A stretch of DNA of 64,000 nt, from IMG/VR virus record IMGVR_UViG_3300046653_000093, positions 62,001 to 126,000 of that record. One strand, written 5' to 3'. Below the pieces are notes generated by a model. The model was not told the DNA's origin. It worked only from the letters and a program-made list of their open reading frames with translations, and did not search any database. How positions within the stretch are numbered: the first letter of the stretch is position 1; each line of letters starts with the position of its first letter. A program made the translations under genes and the position numbers. This document shows positions 26,287 to 37,300 of this stretch, in pieces.

Positions 26287-26751
26287 CTACATTTTATGAG
26301 CCATCAACTCAGAGCGAATTTCCATCCACAACTTCCCCAATTGATTCCTACCATCCCTATTAGGTCCCCAGCCCCAGAAATCATCACGCCAAGAATTCTC
26401 CACAAGCTCACGATCGCCAGTAGCAAGAAGCTTGCGGCGTACATATTCATGCTGGTTGACTTTGGCGCGTAGAATATCTCGCATGATGTCAACCTTAACA
26501 AGATCCCAATCAATCAGACGTATCGCCTTATTTTTCTCAGCAATTTTGAATGCTTCGTGAGCGCTTGGGGCTGTTTGAATAGCCGCTCGTACAATGATCT
26601 CTCCTGGAAATTTCTCCCAGTGGTAAGCAGCTTCGCTAGTGTCGAATCTCAAGTTCTTCCAACTTAAAGTAAATGCCGAGAAGTTGGATAATACGTAGAA
26701 ATCTTGCTCGTAAAAGCAAATACGCTCGTCAGTATCTAGGCCGTGATTCAT
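26287..26751 (-). CDS. NADAR family protein
   Basis: LSNF...TSEAAYH..KF...LLATG..ELVE....D.FWG......NQLG.LWM..R. Confidence 0.9.
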   Translation of the reverse strand: MNHGLDTDERICFYEQDFYVLSNFSAFTLSWKNLRFDTSEAAYHWEKFPGEIIVRAAIQTAPSAHEAFKIAEKNKAIRLIDWDLVKVDIMRDILRAKVNQHEYVRRKLLATGDRELVENSWRDDFWGWGPNRDGRNQLGKLWMEIRSELMAHKM

Positions 26752-26752
26752 A

Positions 26753-27403
26753 TCAATTCCTTTCTGAGTAGGATTCACTAAATGCTGCAATGATTGGATC
26801 TTTGAGAACTGCAATAATCTTCTCGAATAATTCCTTGGTCATCTTAACGTCACCGTCAGCTCTATGGGCCGTAGCCTTAGTAATGCTGAAGTCTTTGACC
26901 AAAGCTCCGAGACCATAACGTGCTCGCTTCTTTCCAGTGCAAACATCGATCAGTCGAGCAAGCTGCATCGTATCGATGATGTATCCCTGATTGCGTCTCT
27001 TGCCTTTGCCCTCGATCCAATATCCGAATGGAAAATCGTCTTCGGAGCCGGCCTTGCGCCACAGAGCAAGAAGGAATTGATAATCGAAGTCAGGATTCTG
27101 ACCGATGAATACCCGCTCTTCCGCAGCTGCCCCATCCTCCATCAGCCACATTTCGATCTCTGGAAGAACTTCGCTTGGGAGCCTATATGTTTCCCTTCCC
27201 TTTTGAGTTTTACAAAGGATATCTTCCAGAAGATGTCCATTGACACGAAGAGCTTCATCTTCGATATTCTCCGGAGATAAAGGCTTAAGACACCAAGTCT
27301 TGCTTTCGACGTCACCTATACGCCAAAGGCAAAGTTCAATGACATCGTGTTTTTCTGGATCTGTACCTGTTGTTTCTACGTCACAGACATATTGAACATA
27401 CAT
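26753..27403 (-). CDS. DEDDh 3'-5' exonuclease 2
   Basis: DVETTG, GQNPDFD, AHRADGD. Confidence 0.88.
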   Translation of the reverse strand: MYVQYVCDVETTGTDPEKHDVIELCLWRIGDVESKTWCLKPLSPENIEDEALRVNGHLLEDILCKTQKGRETYRLPSEVLPEIEMWLMEDGAAAEERVFIGQNPDFDYQFLLALWRKAGSEDDFPFGYWIEGKGKRRNQGYIIDTMQLARLIDVCTGKKRARYGLGALVKDFSITKATAHRADGDVKMTKELFEKIIAVLKDPIIAAFSESYSERN

Positions 27404-27586
27404 GTCATTTAGACGGACTCAGCGAATCGCTCTCGACTGGCTTTGTTGGCGGAGATAAACGATCGAAGTACCGCATAAACCAGATCATTATTTCCTCAGC
27501 AACAGGAATATCAATCGTAGACCCTAGTTCATTAGAGAATCGAAGGAAATGATCATCTCTTATACTTCTTGTTCCTTGGAATATAA

Positions 27587-27940
27587 TCATACCTTTACCT
27601 GCAACTGTCTTTTGAATTCAGAAACAGATTTCCATCCATTTTTAATTCCACTGATGATGAACATCACTCCATCTGTTGTTCGAAGAAATTCTTTTTCCTT
27701 AGATGTGAAACGTATTCCCTTAAGAACAAGAGCTTCTTGTTCGTTTATGAATATCTTCCAATCCTCATGAGAGCTGTTAGCAACTCTCTTTACTCTTACA
27801 GAATTACCTGGAATATAATCTTCATCATTGAAGAACTCGGAGTCTTGTTTTATAAAAGACCCTTTCTTACCAGCTTTTTCGTCATAGGCAAATTGATCAT
27901 CATCTGCATATTTATTGTAAGCACTTTCGCTTCCATTCAT
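27587..27940 (-). CDS. Hypothetical protein
   Basis: Coupled ORF. Confidence 0.5.
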   Translation of the reverse strand: MNGSESAYNKYADDDQFAYDEKAGKKGSFIKQDSEFFNDEDYIPGNSVRVKRVANSSHEDWKIFINEQEALVLKGIRFTSKEKEFLRTTDGVMFIISGIKNGWKSVSEFKRQLQVKV

Positions 27941-29184
27941 CTTGCAGCTCCTTCAGCTGCCACCGCTCCCATAATGCCGGCAGCTGCTATACCTTTAATT
28001 CCTGCACATTCTCCAGCGACAAATAAACCATCAACCTCGGTTTCTAAGTTGTTAGCTATATTTATCTTGCTTATATTTGTATCAATATCTGGAACATGGA
28101 AATATCCTCTATTGATAATATTAGGGAATACTGGCTCAAGAGATTTTAGAACTCCTCCAACCCAAGAGTATTCTGGCATTTCTGCCAAATCTCCAACGCC
28201 ATGAGTAAAGCTCTTTATCTTCTCTCTACCTACCCTATCACCAGATAACAAATGTGATAGTTTTGCAATCCTATCCACATGCGCACATGGACTGGTATTC
28301 ACTTCAATGCTTTTCTGTACTGAGAAGAATACCTTGTCTGACTTCCACCTATCTTCATTAGATCTGAAAGCGGCGATAGTCATGTCGTCATGATCTTCTT
28401 GTATTACGGAGCCCATCCATTGAAGAGGGCCAATATCCAAATCACCTTTTACCAAAGAGCAATGAGATTTATGGAACTCTTTCAAGGCCGATGATGGCAT
28501 TTCGACTCTGACGCCATACCTTGCTATATTATCTTGCTGTAAGAGACCTAGGTTTTTGTAAATGTTATTAACCCAGCGCCAGCCGCTTCTACCAACTCCC
28601 AGAATAAGCTTCTTACAATTGAAATCTCCTTGAGAAGTATTGACAACGAATTTCTTATCGTTCTTCAGGAAATCGAATACCTCAGTGTCAAAGCTTAGGT
28701 ATACATTACCAGCGGATTCAATCTTCTCTGAAGATATCTTTGATAACTGATGTATCTGATCTGGATTCCATTGATCATAATTATGTACAACCAAATCAAA
28801 TCCATTATCAGCAATAGTCTTCTTAATAGCCGGAGATGGTTGTTTGGTTTTTATGTTTCGTTGGACATTTACTTCACTCAATTGCAAATCTAGCCAGTCT
28901 TTTATTGCACGGACTCGCCTACCATCAGCAATTTCCAAAACCTTATCAGCATCCTCATCTAAGTAGATCTTACCATCCCCTGTAGGGAAACATCCTAGAT
29001 ATCCTTCTAATTGGCGACGTCTACGTTTCACATGGATTGGATCTTGGCGCAAACAATTAGGAGGAGGTGGCCCGAACTCGAACACAACAACTTTCAGGCT
29101 CTTGTGTCGTTCGGCTAATCTTAACGCCGCGAATACGCCAGAAACACCAGCACCAATAATTCCGATATCATAATTATAGTTCAT
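27937..29184 (-). CDS. FAD-dependent oxidoreductase
   Basis: IIGAGVSG Rossmann motif, GRSG, GLFVAGE.AG..GI. Confidence 0.8.
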   Translation of the reverse strand: MNYNYDIGIIGAGVSGVFAALRLAERHKSLKVVVFEFGPPPPNCLRQDPIHVKRRRRQLEGYLGCFPTGDGKIYLDEDADKVLEIADGRRVRAIKDWLDLQLSEVNVQRNIKTKQPSPAIKKTIADNGFDLVVHNYDQWNPDQIHQLSKISSEKIESAGNVYLSFDTEVFDFLKNDKKFVVNTSQGDFNCKKLILGVGRSGWRWVNNIYKNLGLLQQDNIARYGVRVEMPSSALKEFHKSHCSLVKGDLDIGPLQWMGSVIQEDHDDMTIAAFRSNEDRWKSDKVFFSVQKSIEVNTSPCAHVDRIAKLSHLLSGDRVGREKIKSFTHGVGDLAEMPEYSWVGGVLKSLEPVFPNIINRGYFHVPDIDTNISKINIANNLETEVDGLFVAGECAGIKGIAAAGIMGAVAAEGAAR

Positions 29185-29848
29185 AGGAGGATGTGGCGCT
29201 CAAATAAGATTGCCTTACACAATCATATATCGCGTCTGTTCCTGATATAACATCATCCTGAATATCTTTGATCTTATTCTCTAATTTACCAGATACTCCC
29301 AATGGCCACATAAACCAATAAGCAGAGCTTTTGAAATATTTGGTATCTATTTTTGTGGCATCCGCAGAGAGTAATTCAGCTATCTTGCTAGGTTGATTTT
29401 TTAAGAATTTGAGTTGTGAGTTCGATACAAACAAACTCATCGCATATGCATCAATCTCAAAATAAGTTCTAAATGGCGCTGGTAATGGAGCTGCACAAAC
29501 CAAGAATAGCAAAAACCATATAGAAAATGGCGCTAAGAGAGCAAGAATAACCAAGCATTGCGGAAATAAATACAATAGACCAAATAGTATTTTACCATAC
29601 TTATTAGCTTGCTTCACATGAACTAATTCATGAGCTAATAATATAATTGAAGATTGGTCATTATTTTTGACAAAATCTTTACTTGGGAAATATATAGTAC
29701 TTCCAATAGTTGATACGAAATTAGTCATGAAGCTTTTGCTAAAGAATAATAGAGCTCCAAGGAACTTCATAAACAATGATTCATTTTTGTATTTGATATC
29801 GAACTTATACAACTTATGCATGTTGTCTTCGAAAGCTTTAAAATACAT
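29174..29848 (-). CDS. Membrane-associated HExxH metalloprotease-like protein
   Basis: LAHELVHVKQ, hydrophobic segment, downstream EIDAY. Confidence 0.6.
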   Translation of the reverse strand: MYFKAFEDNMHKLYKFDIKYKNESLFMKFLGALLFFSKSFMTNFVSTIGSTIYFPSKDFVKNNDQSSIILLAHELVHVKQANKYGKILFGLLYLFPQCLVILALLAPFSIWFLLFLVCAAPLPAPFRTYFEIDAYAMSLFVSNSQLKFLKNQPSKIAELLSADATKIDTKYFKSSAYWFMWPLGVSGKLENKIKDIQDDVISGTDAIYDCVRQSYLSATSSYEL

Positions 29849-29854
29849 AACATC

Positions 29855-31420
29855 CTATGATTTTTCAACAGCAAAACATAGTCTTGTCAGACTAACTTCT
29901 GGTGTGATTATATTACCACCTTGAGATTCAGCAAAGAATTCTAATGTAGCTGCTGTTAGACCTGTTATTATGACTAGTAATTCGACACCATTTGTTACAG
30001 TTGGAATTATAGTCCTTTCGGTGCTGGCTCCTGGCTGAGAGGTCTTACTTCCACCATCTATTATGTAAGATACTCTGAAATCTAATATATCAGCATTTGG
30101 TGAGTTTACATCCAAGCTCAATCTACAAATCCAAGAATTTGTAGGAACCGACTCTCCTACAATAACGCTATACGCTCCCATGCTTGCCCATGATGGAGCA
30201 TCTATTAATGTTGGTGTTGTAATTGAGTAGGATCCTGCATATTTAATATCACTATTGTCATTGCTACAATTTCCCAAAATATGGTTGAAGTATAATACCT
30301 CTACAGTATCACCTGGAATTAAAGATCCAGAAGTCAGCGTAATAGTATTTCCGACAACTATATAATCTGTCTGCTTGATTCCATCAATAAACAAAAGAAC
30401 AAAATCATTCCACGCTTCATTTGATAGTGTTAATATCATTTGACCAATCATTGTAACTGTCAATGATTCTGTAATTGGCTGCCAGATATCTCCTTCCGTA
30501 TCTGTAACAGTATAGTAGGCCTCAACTACATCGCTTGTAATTAATGAAGGAGTGCCTGTCCAAGTAAGACTTTGACCAATCACGGTGTAGCTACTTATTG
30601 GTTGTTTTAGGCCGCCAATGAATAGGGTAACAAGACCATTTTTTGGTACTAATGATAGTGTAAAGGCAGTCTGACCATTTATCAAAACTGGAAGGACTTC
30701 AAGAGTTGGCCTGTATACATTTCCTAAGTTAGTATCATGGAAAACTTCATAGAAAACTTCAAAATTATCTGATGTAGAGACGGCTTGTCCAGACCATATT
30801 AAGCTGGAACCAGATACAATGTAATCATCAACTTCTTGCTTGATTCCATCTATGAAAACCATTACTATGTGGTTGTAAGGGACAAGAGATAAAGTAAAGC
30901 TTGTCTGACCATTTGATGTGACTGGTAATGATTCTTGAATTGGCTGATAACCATCAATACATTTACCAGTACCGCCTCCACAACAAGGAATATGAACATT
31001 CACACGGCCATTTATAGCAAAGTCTATATCTTCGGTTACTGTTACTCCATCTCCGAAGAAATTGATCTGTTTAACTTGAGCATTATCAGTTACTGTTGCC
31101 GAATTGTAAAAAACTCCAATACCAATAGATGCCCAAATAGAGCAGAGCAATGCCTCCATTGCGTCTAAACGGTCTCTTACAGTTGTATAAGTTCCACTGG
31201 GCTGAATTCCCAATTCGCCTTCAACCGCCAGAATTGACTCTCTATGGCGGTTTACAACTTCAGCTTTTACCGGAGTCTGCAAGTCTACAATTACGGGCAA
31301 ACCACGGGTATCCGTAGGGCGCGGGTCATCCTGATCGCACGGATAGCGGGTATAGGTATATGCCGGATTCACCCCGCAAGGTACTGGATTACTAAAATCG
31401 CATGGGTTGATAGTTACCAT
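29855..31420 (-). CDS. Probable virion/fibre-associated protein with three beta-rich repeats
   Basis: Three copies of GQT.FTLS..P....V..FI.G.KQ...Y.V.G..L......D..E..Y. Confidence 0.55.
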   Translation of the reverse strand: MVTINPCDFSNPVPCGVNPAYTYTRYPCDQDDPRPTDTRGLPVIVDLQTPVKAEVVNRHRESILAVEGELGIQPSGTYTTVRDRLDAMEALLCSIWASIGIGVFYNSATVTDNAQVKQINFFGDGVTVTEDIDFAINGRVNVHIPCCGGGTGKCIDGYQPIQESLPVTSNGQTSFTLSLVPYNHIVMVFIDGIKQEVDDYIVSGSSLIWSGQAVSTSDNFEVFYEVFHDTNLGNVYRPTLEVLPVLINGQTAFTLSLVPKNGLVTLFIGGLKQPISSYTVIGQSLTWTGTPSLITSDVVEAYYTVTDTEGDIWQPITESLTVTMIGQMILTLSNEAWNDFVLLFIDGIKQTDYIVVGNTITLTSGSLIPGDTVEVLYFNHILGNCSNDNSDIKYAGSYSITTPTLIDAPSWASMGAYSVIVGESVPTNSWICRLSLDVNSPNADILDFRVSYIIDGGSKTSQPGASTERTIIPTVTNGVELLVIITGLTAATLEFFAESQGGNIITPEVSLTRLCFAVEKS

Positions 31421-31498
31421 TGATCCTCAAAAGCTAGCCATGGTTTCATTTTATATGGCAGATTATGTATACCCGGATCTAACGGATTAAACGAAATA

Positions 31499-31524
31499 AC
31501 CCTGGAAGTTTTCACTTCCAGGGT
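31499..31524 (-). terminator. Intrinsic terminator
   Basis: ACCCTGGAAGT-tttc-ACTTCCAGGGT 11-bp stem followed by a T-rich tract on the minus strand. Confidence 0.7.
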
Positions 31525-31549
31525 CATTTACCACAAATGTTGTCAGCAA

Positions 31550-31858
31550 TTATTCTGCTTGGAACAACGTTTTGATTTGCCGCTGAGTTACTTTGCTCGG
31601 ATTGATGCGGTAATAGAACGTCCTCCGGCTGGTCTTGCGAGCTAGGTCATCAGAGCTTTTACACTCAACCCGGAACCCACCAAATTCAGCCTTTCGCAGA
31701 TCTCGTACCCTGGCAGTTGCTGACGGAATCCTACTCAAACGAGAACGTGGGATCCATTCGCCATCAGCTGACAATAGGCGTACACCAACGCGCTGGGTGT
31801 TATTGGTTATCTTGGTCATCTTCTGAATTGCTTGGATTGTTGTCTTCAATGTTTTCAT
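31550..31858 (-). CDS. Putative winged-HTH protein
   Basis: SATARVRDLRK..FGG..V motif. Confidence 0.5.
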   Translation of the reverse strand: MKTLKTTIQAIQKMTKITNNTQRVGVRLLSADGEWIPRSRLSRIPSATARVRDLRKAEFGGFRVECKSSDDLARKTSRRTFYYRINPSKVTQRQIKTLFQAE

Positions 31859-32066
31859 TTTGTCTTCCTTGTTGTACGATTGGGCCTGAAACAGACTTCA
31901 CAGCTTCAATCAATTTTGCTAATGATACTTCAGCCGAATTTACTAGTAACTCCAGATGATTGTCTGCTTTCCTAACCGCGACTAGCACATGAATATGATG
32001 TGCCTTTTTTGATCGCTGAAGTTCTAAGTACCCACCATCACCGAAAGAAATTCGCATTGCTCGACC

Positions 32067-32870
32067 TCAAAAATCTTTGGCACTTATACCGTGATCAGTA
32101 ATAATATGCCTGTTTCCATCTTCATCAATGGTTACACTATGTTCAAAATGACATCCGATGTCATGAGTTACAACTGTCCATTTATCAACCAATGTTCTTG
32201 CCCGAGTATTATTACCAAGGACAAACATAGGCTCTATTGCAATTGACATTCCTGGTTGAAGCTTCACCCCTTCATTAACTCCAGATTTATTTGATACAAA
32301 TGGATCTGCGTGCAATTTATCATTGTCGATTCCATGACCGCCAAAATCTGTAATTACTCCAAACTTGTCTTGCTTAGATCTTTCCCAAATCGCCTTGCCG
32401 AGTTCGCCAATACGCCTACCAATCTCTACAAGCTTTATGGCATCATGCAAAGCTTCTTGACAAGATATTAGCATACGGCCAATTTCAGGATTGGTTATCT
32501 TACCATATACATATGTTACGGCACAGTCTCCAATTGCCCCTTCGAAAGTTGCTCCGATATCTACTTTTAGAACGTCCCCATCCTTCAAATTGATATCTCT
32601 GGTGCCAATGCCATGAACAAGCTCTTTATTCAAAGAGGCACAAATAGAAGCCGGGAATCCTCGATAGTAAAGGAAAGTTGGAGTACAATTATTATATCTA
32701 ATCAACTCCTCTACTAAGGAATTAAGCTTGGAAAGCGTTAGGCCACTGGCCGTGCCTTTCAACATAGCATAAATCTCATTATGAGCCTTAGCTACAACAC
32801 GACCAGCAATCTTCTGCCGCTCAATCCACTCTTTGTCCTTCAGAACAATTATTTCACTCTTTTGGGTCAT
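32067..32870 (-). CDS. map: Methionine aminopeptidase type I
   Basis: FPASIC.S.N...HG, VDIG...GDCA, GHGI...H, IEPM, HFEHSV. Confidence 0.93.
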   Translation of the reverse strand: MTQKSEIIVLKDKEWIERQKIAGRVVAKAHNEIYAMLKGTASGLTLSKLNSLVEELIRYNNCTPTFLYYRGFPASICASLNKELVHGIGTRDINLKDGDVLKVDIGATFEGAIGDCAVTYVYGKITNPEIGRMLISCQEALHDAIKLVEIGRRIGELGKAIWERSKQDKFGVITDFGGHGIDNDKLHADPFVSNKSGVNEGVKLQPGMSIAIEPMFVLGNNTRARTLVDKWTVVTHDIGCHFEHSVTIDEDGNRHIITDHGISAKDF

Positions 32871-33663
32871 CTTCTTTCTTAGAAACCCTCTTGTTGCTGC
32901 GACCTTGCTTCTTTAGTATTTCTTTTTGTGCTTTGACGCGCTCGGCAATCAATGCCAACTCAGCCTCTTCGGAATCATCAACCGGCTCGGGTTTGGCCTC
33001 TCCCTTGAACTTCTTAACTGCTTCCTTATCGGCCTCATTCTTGAAATAAAAATCATGAATTTCAGCCTTCTCTTTATCAGTTAGATCTCGACAAAGTTTT
33101 TCCTCTAACTTTAGTTCATCTTCTCTTTGAGAGTATCTAGCTTCATCAATATATCTTCTAGCTTGCTCATCATCTGGATGATCTGGTGCAGTATCAGCAT
33201 CTTCCCAAAATCCATCTGATGACGATGTATCAAGAGATACAGTTGCCTCATTAAGATCACGGATAGCTGAAGAACCAATCTCTATTGTTGGAATTTCAGT
33301 ATTGGGAACTATAGTTATATTGCCATCCTTATTCAACTCGAATTTGACAATATTGACCGCATTATGAGAGAATATTTTGAAGTCAGGATCTTTTTTTGAC
33401 TCCTCAAATACCTTTCTCCAATTCTCAAGATCTATTTGAGTTGGTTTATAATTATCATCGCCAATCTTGACCAGAAGTAATTCATTTGGAAACAAATCAT
33501 CAATATTTGTTTCTCTTAATACTTCAATAAACTTCTTATCAAGCTTAATTCTCATATCATTGAGAGGCCTGAAATCATCTTTGCCAGAAACGCCCTTATC
33601 ATTCATTACTACATTAATATGATTACGTACAGTAACAAGGGCGGCCAGATCAGATATCTTCAT
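32854..33663 (-). CDS. Hypothetical acidic protein
   Basis: 269 aa ORF. Confidence 0.55.
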   Translation of the reverse strand: MKISDLAALVTVRNHINVVMNDKGVSGKDDFRPLNDMRIKLDKKFIEVLRETNIDDLFPNELLLVKIGDDNYKPTQIDLENWRKVFEESKKDPDFKIFSHNAVNIVKFELNKDGNITIVPNTEIPTIEIGSSAIRDLNEATVSLDTSSSDGFWEDADTAPDHPDDEQARRYIDEARYSQREDELKLEEKLCRDLTDKEKAEIHDFYFKNEADKEAVKKFKGEAKPEPVDDSEEAELALIAERVKAQKEILKKQGRSNKRVSKKEDDPKE

Positions 33664-33665
33664 TT

Positions 33666-34034
33666 TTACTCTACCCCTTCAGAAGGTTCAACCTCTACCT
33701 TTGGATCTTCGACTACCGCAACCTTCTTATTACGCTTCTTCTTTTCAGGCTTATCAGCAGGGCCTTGCTCATCATCATCCTCAGTTGCCTTTGGCCATTC
33801 AACAGTTCCGGTAGAAACATCTACACGACAATTTTGAGCAAGCCCCTTAGCCAAGTACAACTGTTGAATTTGAACCTTAAACTCAAGCTCTGACAATCGA
33901 GCATCCTTCAATGCCTTTTCGGCAACAGAAGCAGCTTCAATAGCCTTTGCTCGTGCAGCGACAATAGGTTCCATGTCTTCTTTGCTAATCTGCGTAACTT
34001 TAGTCATTCTCATTCTCCTCTTGATCAAATACAC
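33666..34034 (-). CDS. Hypothetical protein
   Basis: ORF with GAGGAG RBS before an internal ATG. Confidence 0.55.
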   Translation of the reverse strand: MYLIKRRMRMTKVTQISKEDMEPIVAARAKAIEAASVAEKALKDARLSELEFKVQIQQLYLAKGLAQNCRVDVSTGTVEWPKATEDDDEQGPADKPEKKKRNKKVAVVEDPKVEVEPSEGVE

Positions 34035-34380
34035 TCCATGTATTTACGACCATCTCATAATAAAGCTTCTTGGCTAATGTTCTCGCCTTAATATCTTTTC
34101 GCATGATAAATTTAGGCTTGAACCATTGAGCTAGTTTAGTATCCTGACAATAGATTTCATATCCTCTATCACCATCTTCTATAATCTCTACTTCTAGTTC
34201 ACCAAGCAAACCACGTAGTTTTATCTTTTCTTCTACAGTTAGTAATATATCAGGCCAAATATCTTCTAGAGGAACACCTATCTGTTCTAGTATGCTTTTA
34301 ATAAAAAGGTTTCTCTCCTCTTCCTCTACAACCTTTTCGTCTCCTCTATCTAGATAAACCGACCGATTCATTACCCACAT
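34000..34380 (-). CDS. Hypothetical protein
   Basis: Coupled to the RNR stop. Confidence 0.5.
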   Translation of the reverse strand: MWVMNRSVYLDRGDEKVVEEEERNLFIKSILEQIGVPLEDIWPDILLTVEEKIKLRGLLGELEVEIIEDGDRGYEIYCQDTKLAQWFKPKFIMRKDIKARTLAKKLYYEMVVNTWSVFDQEENEND

Positions 34381-37300
34381 CCACTATATGTACACTCCTC
34401 GTTGGTACAATTACCACAGGCAGCTCCAGTCTTTCGATATGTTCGCTTGCCACAAGATGGGCACTTTTCCATAGGGACTGCGTTTTTCCTATCAAAATCT
34501 TCAATAGTAGATGTCTTAGACTCTTCCTCTTGCTGCTCTTCTGCATAAGTTCGCAAGACACGAGCAATATTAGTTGGCAAAGAGAATATATACTGTCCGC
34601 CAATCTTATCCAACTGCTCACAGATGAACATGATAGGAACACCATGCCTCAAGTTCATGCTGGTTGTTCTTGCTGTCAGCTCTAGGATTTGAAGATCTTT
34701 TTCGCTCAATCCAAAATACGGGGCAATCACCAAGACCTCATACGGCTTCTTGGTACCAGGGAAGAAGCTCACTGTAACATAAGCATTTCTCGGTTCACCA
34801 TTACCAAAATCAATTCGAATCTTGTGCGTCTCTGAATCCAGAATCTTGTCACGCTTTGGAGCAAATGCCTGACCGGGCGCATCAAAGATTGGTGTAAACC
34901 AACTAAGTACATCTTGCTTCGTATACTTGGGCAATGATATACCATCTGCCGTTTCCCAATCAAAATTGCCCTGAGCTAAACTCTTAGCCTTGGCAATCTC
35001 CTTCAATTCCTTGCTGACATCTTCCAGCTTAGAGGCGATGGCATCCCACAGATCAAATCCTTCCTTATCAAAGACTTGACTATAATGTCCGATAAGATAG
35101 TTTTCGCACTTCAGCGCCTGCTTATCGCCTGTTACCAAAACTCCATCGCGAGATCCGTCAACATAAACGGTGACTCCTTTGAGGCCATATTTCCAAGCCT
35201 CCATATAGATCTTAGAAACAACACTATTGGGAGTTCCTGCAGGTAAATTGATAGTACTACTAATCGAATGATCGATATGCTTCTGCTCAGCAGCCTGGAT
35301 CATGATTCGCTTTGTCCAGTCTACCTCATCCGAGTTAACAAAGAATTCAGGAAGTGGTGCGCTCTCATCTAGGCCGAACTTCTCTAGATATGCTCTAGCA
35401 TTGTGTGAGAACTGCTTGTACTCTTGCCATGAATCACCATTGACGTCTGTGAAGTCAACACGTACACCAACATCATTTGGATTCACCTTCTTGCGGCGAA
35501 TGAAGTAGATACGGAAGACTGGTTCAACACCCGAAGAAACATTGAAGTAAGAAAAATTGCCTAGTTTGGAAATGATAGCCACCGAACCAGTTGGGGCTTG
35601 CGTCAACATAGAAATGTTGCGCCTTCCATATATAGCCATATCAGCTAGGATGTCTGCTGGTAGGTCTTTGATGAAAGGATTGTCCTTTTCCAATTCCCAA
35701 TTGAACTCTGGGAAGGGCCCACGAATTTTTGCCAACTCTACAGATGTTCTATAGGCCGTTTCTTTGAATGTTCGGTAGATTTTATCTACCATTTCAATAG
35801 CAGCATCAGAATCATACCTAATACGAAGCTGTGCTAAAGCATCGGCTAGCCCATGAGTTCCTAAGCCAGTTCTACGACCATCACGCCCGGCATCATGAAG
35901 CTTCTGCCAGATAACAATCTCCTGATCGACATCCTCTTGGGTAGTGCCAGTGTCTTTGATAACCGTTATGATCTTCTCAATCAATTCCAATTCAAGATCA
36001 ACAAGGTTATCACCCATCCTTGCTTGAATAGCAACATCGGCAATGAAGCGATCGAAATCGAACTGGGCTGTTCCCTCAAATGGGTTGTTGACGTAATTCG
36101 TTAGATTCAAAGATATCAAACGGCAACTATCGCTTGCTGAAAGAATAATCTCTGAACATGGGTTAGTTGAAACTGACTTGAATCTTGGATAGCAATGTGC
36201 TGGTAATGTTCGTACGGCGTTATTCCAGAGAACCAAACCAGGCTCTGCTGACTTGGTTGCAGAATCAACAATAGCATCCCAAACACGGCGCGCAGAAACC
36301 TTTCGGCTGATCTTCGGCGTCTTACTTTCACAAGGCCAACGAACTTCATAATCAGTTCCATCTTCAACAGCCTTGAGGAACTCATCACTCAAGCGCAAGG
36401 AGATGTTAGCTCCTGTAACTTGAGTTAGGTCATGCTTCATGTTCGTAAACTTGAGCACATCTGGATGATGGACATCCAAAGTTATCATCAAAGCGCCACG
36501 CCTCCCGCTGTTATGAACATAAAATCCTTCGCACCAAAATAGATGTTCTTCAGGAAGCTCTAAATCGAATGTCTCTTCAACTCCGTCCTCTGTAATTGAT
36601 GATACGGTCGCCTTTATAAGCAGACCGCTCTGAGCCAGCTTTTCGCCAGCAGACTTGATCTTCAAATACGCAGTGGCCGATACAAAATGTGAGTTATCAG
36701 GTATAAAATCATATTGATTATGAGTTACGCCAAGTGACTTTGCTTTGTATGGTGTTGTATAATTGTCTCGCTTAGAAATGAAGCGTTCATATATCTTTTC
36801 TGCAGGAAAAGTACCACCATCAATACAGGCAACCAATGCCTCTTGTGCATGTGTTCCTGTAATCGCTACAGAGTATAAATCTCTCCACTCTTTTGATGTA
36901 CGATCTTCTGTGTGAATTTTACTAATAATTCCATTTGCCATCAACATTATCTGAATATCCTTGGCAAAAGAAAATGAAGTTGTTGAAAAAGAATATCCTT
37001 TTTTGGATTTACCGTTAGTTCCATCGGCGTCAAAGAAACCTGCCAAGAATGACATTTGAATCTCTGATGAGGCTTTTAATATACTAGATGGTACCCTAAT
37101 TTTGGTTGATTTTTCCTTGAGTAGTGAATTAGCCTTCAACCAATGACAAACCAACTTACTGTTAATTGTGACCTTATTAACGGCACCATCACCGGGCCTA
37201 ATTGATGCATCAATACCAAATACTCTTTTAATTATCTTACAAGCTTGTGCCTGAACCGCCGGATGTTCATGAGCACATGCTATTGAAATCAATAATGGTT

